Positions 63,929 to 64,000 of a stretch of DNA of 64,000 nt are shown here, one piece after another. The position numbers were made by a program, and so were the translations under genes. The notes below the pieces were generated by a model. The model saw only the letters and a program-made list of their open reading frames with translations. It was not told the origin of the DNA and did no database searches. The stretch is from Candidatus Bathyarchaeota archaeon (lineage in GTDB: Archaea; Thermoproteota; Bathyarchaeia; Bathyarchaeales; Bathycorpusculaceae). Within the stretch, counting starts at the first letter, position 1. Every line of letters begins with the position of its first letter. Location: assembly GCA_963827165.1 (NCBI GenBank), contig CAWGZR010000010.1, forward strand, positions 192,001 to 256,000, written 5' to 3'.

Positions 63929-64000
63929 TAGGCTACTCCCTCGTTTCTTTCATAAACATACATGCCGTCAAGGAAGACTCGGGGGTCTTTTCCTCTTACT
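63928..64000 (-). CDS. rpl6: 50S ribosomal protein uL6, C-terminal end (partial)
   Basis: VRGKDPRVFLDGMYVYE motif; TAA overlaps the eL32 ATG. Confidence 0.9.
   Translation of the reverse strand, partial: VRGKDPRVFLDGMYVYERNEGVA

Noticed and set aside
1-64000. Widespread pseudogenisation or programmed frameshifting
   Set aside because: Indels also hit essential genes (DNA ligase, eL32) and often fall in homopolymers, so sequencing error is the simpler explanation
1-64000. CRISPR array, rRNA or tRNA genes
   Set aside because: No regularly spaced repeat-spacer units, cloverleafs or rRNA signatures seen; the element ends are not tRNA fragments

Overview
Archaeal genomic window, most likely Bathyarchaeia (inferred from the archaeal spc-like ribosomal cluster and a typical large PQQ-like beta-propeller surface protein). 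Many genes, including essential ones, are split by single-base indels, which points to unpolished long-read sequence rather than real decay. Layout: (i) 1-9.4 kb, accessory genes including a secreted phosphoesterase, an arylsulfotransferase-like protein, PPK2 and a His-less B12-binding domain; (ii) 9,439-19,773, an AT-rich integrated element of about 10.3 kb inserted just upstream of ilvC, bounded by a 10-bp direct core repeat and inverted arms, and carrying a tyrosine integrase, a ParB-like protein, RHH regulators, Zn-finger microproteins and a densely base-paired non-coding region of about 750 nt (candidate large structured RNA); (iii) 19.8-57 kb, housekeeping and metabolic genes (ilvC, arsB, MoeB-like, DNA ligase, ABC transporter, GT2 pair, XdhC/MocA plus a CoxLMS-like molybdoenzyme, MgtA, cmk); (iv) 57.5-64 kb, secY and ribosomal proteins. 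The two best candidates for undescribed biology are the integrative element with its putative large ncRNA, and a threonine-synthase-like protein lacking the PLP lysine and fused to a winged HTH, which sits upstream of a tandem palindromic operator, an ECF S-component and a PurM-like enzyme (possible vitamin B6 salvage regulon).
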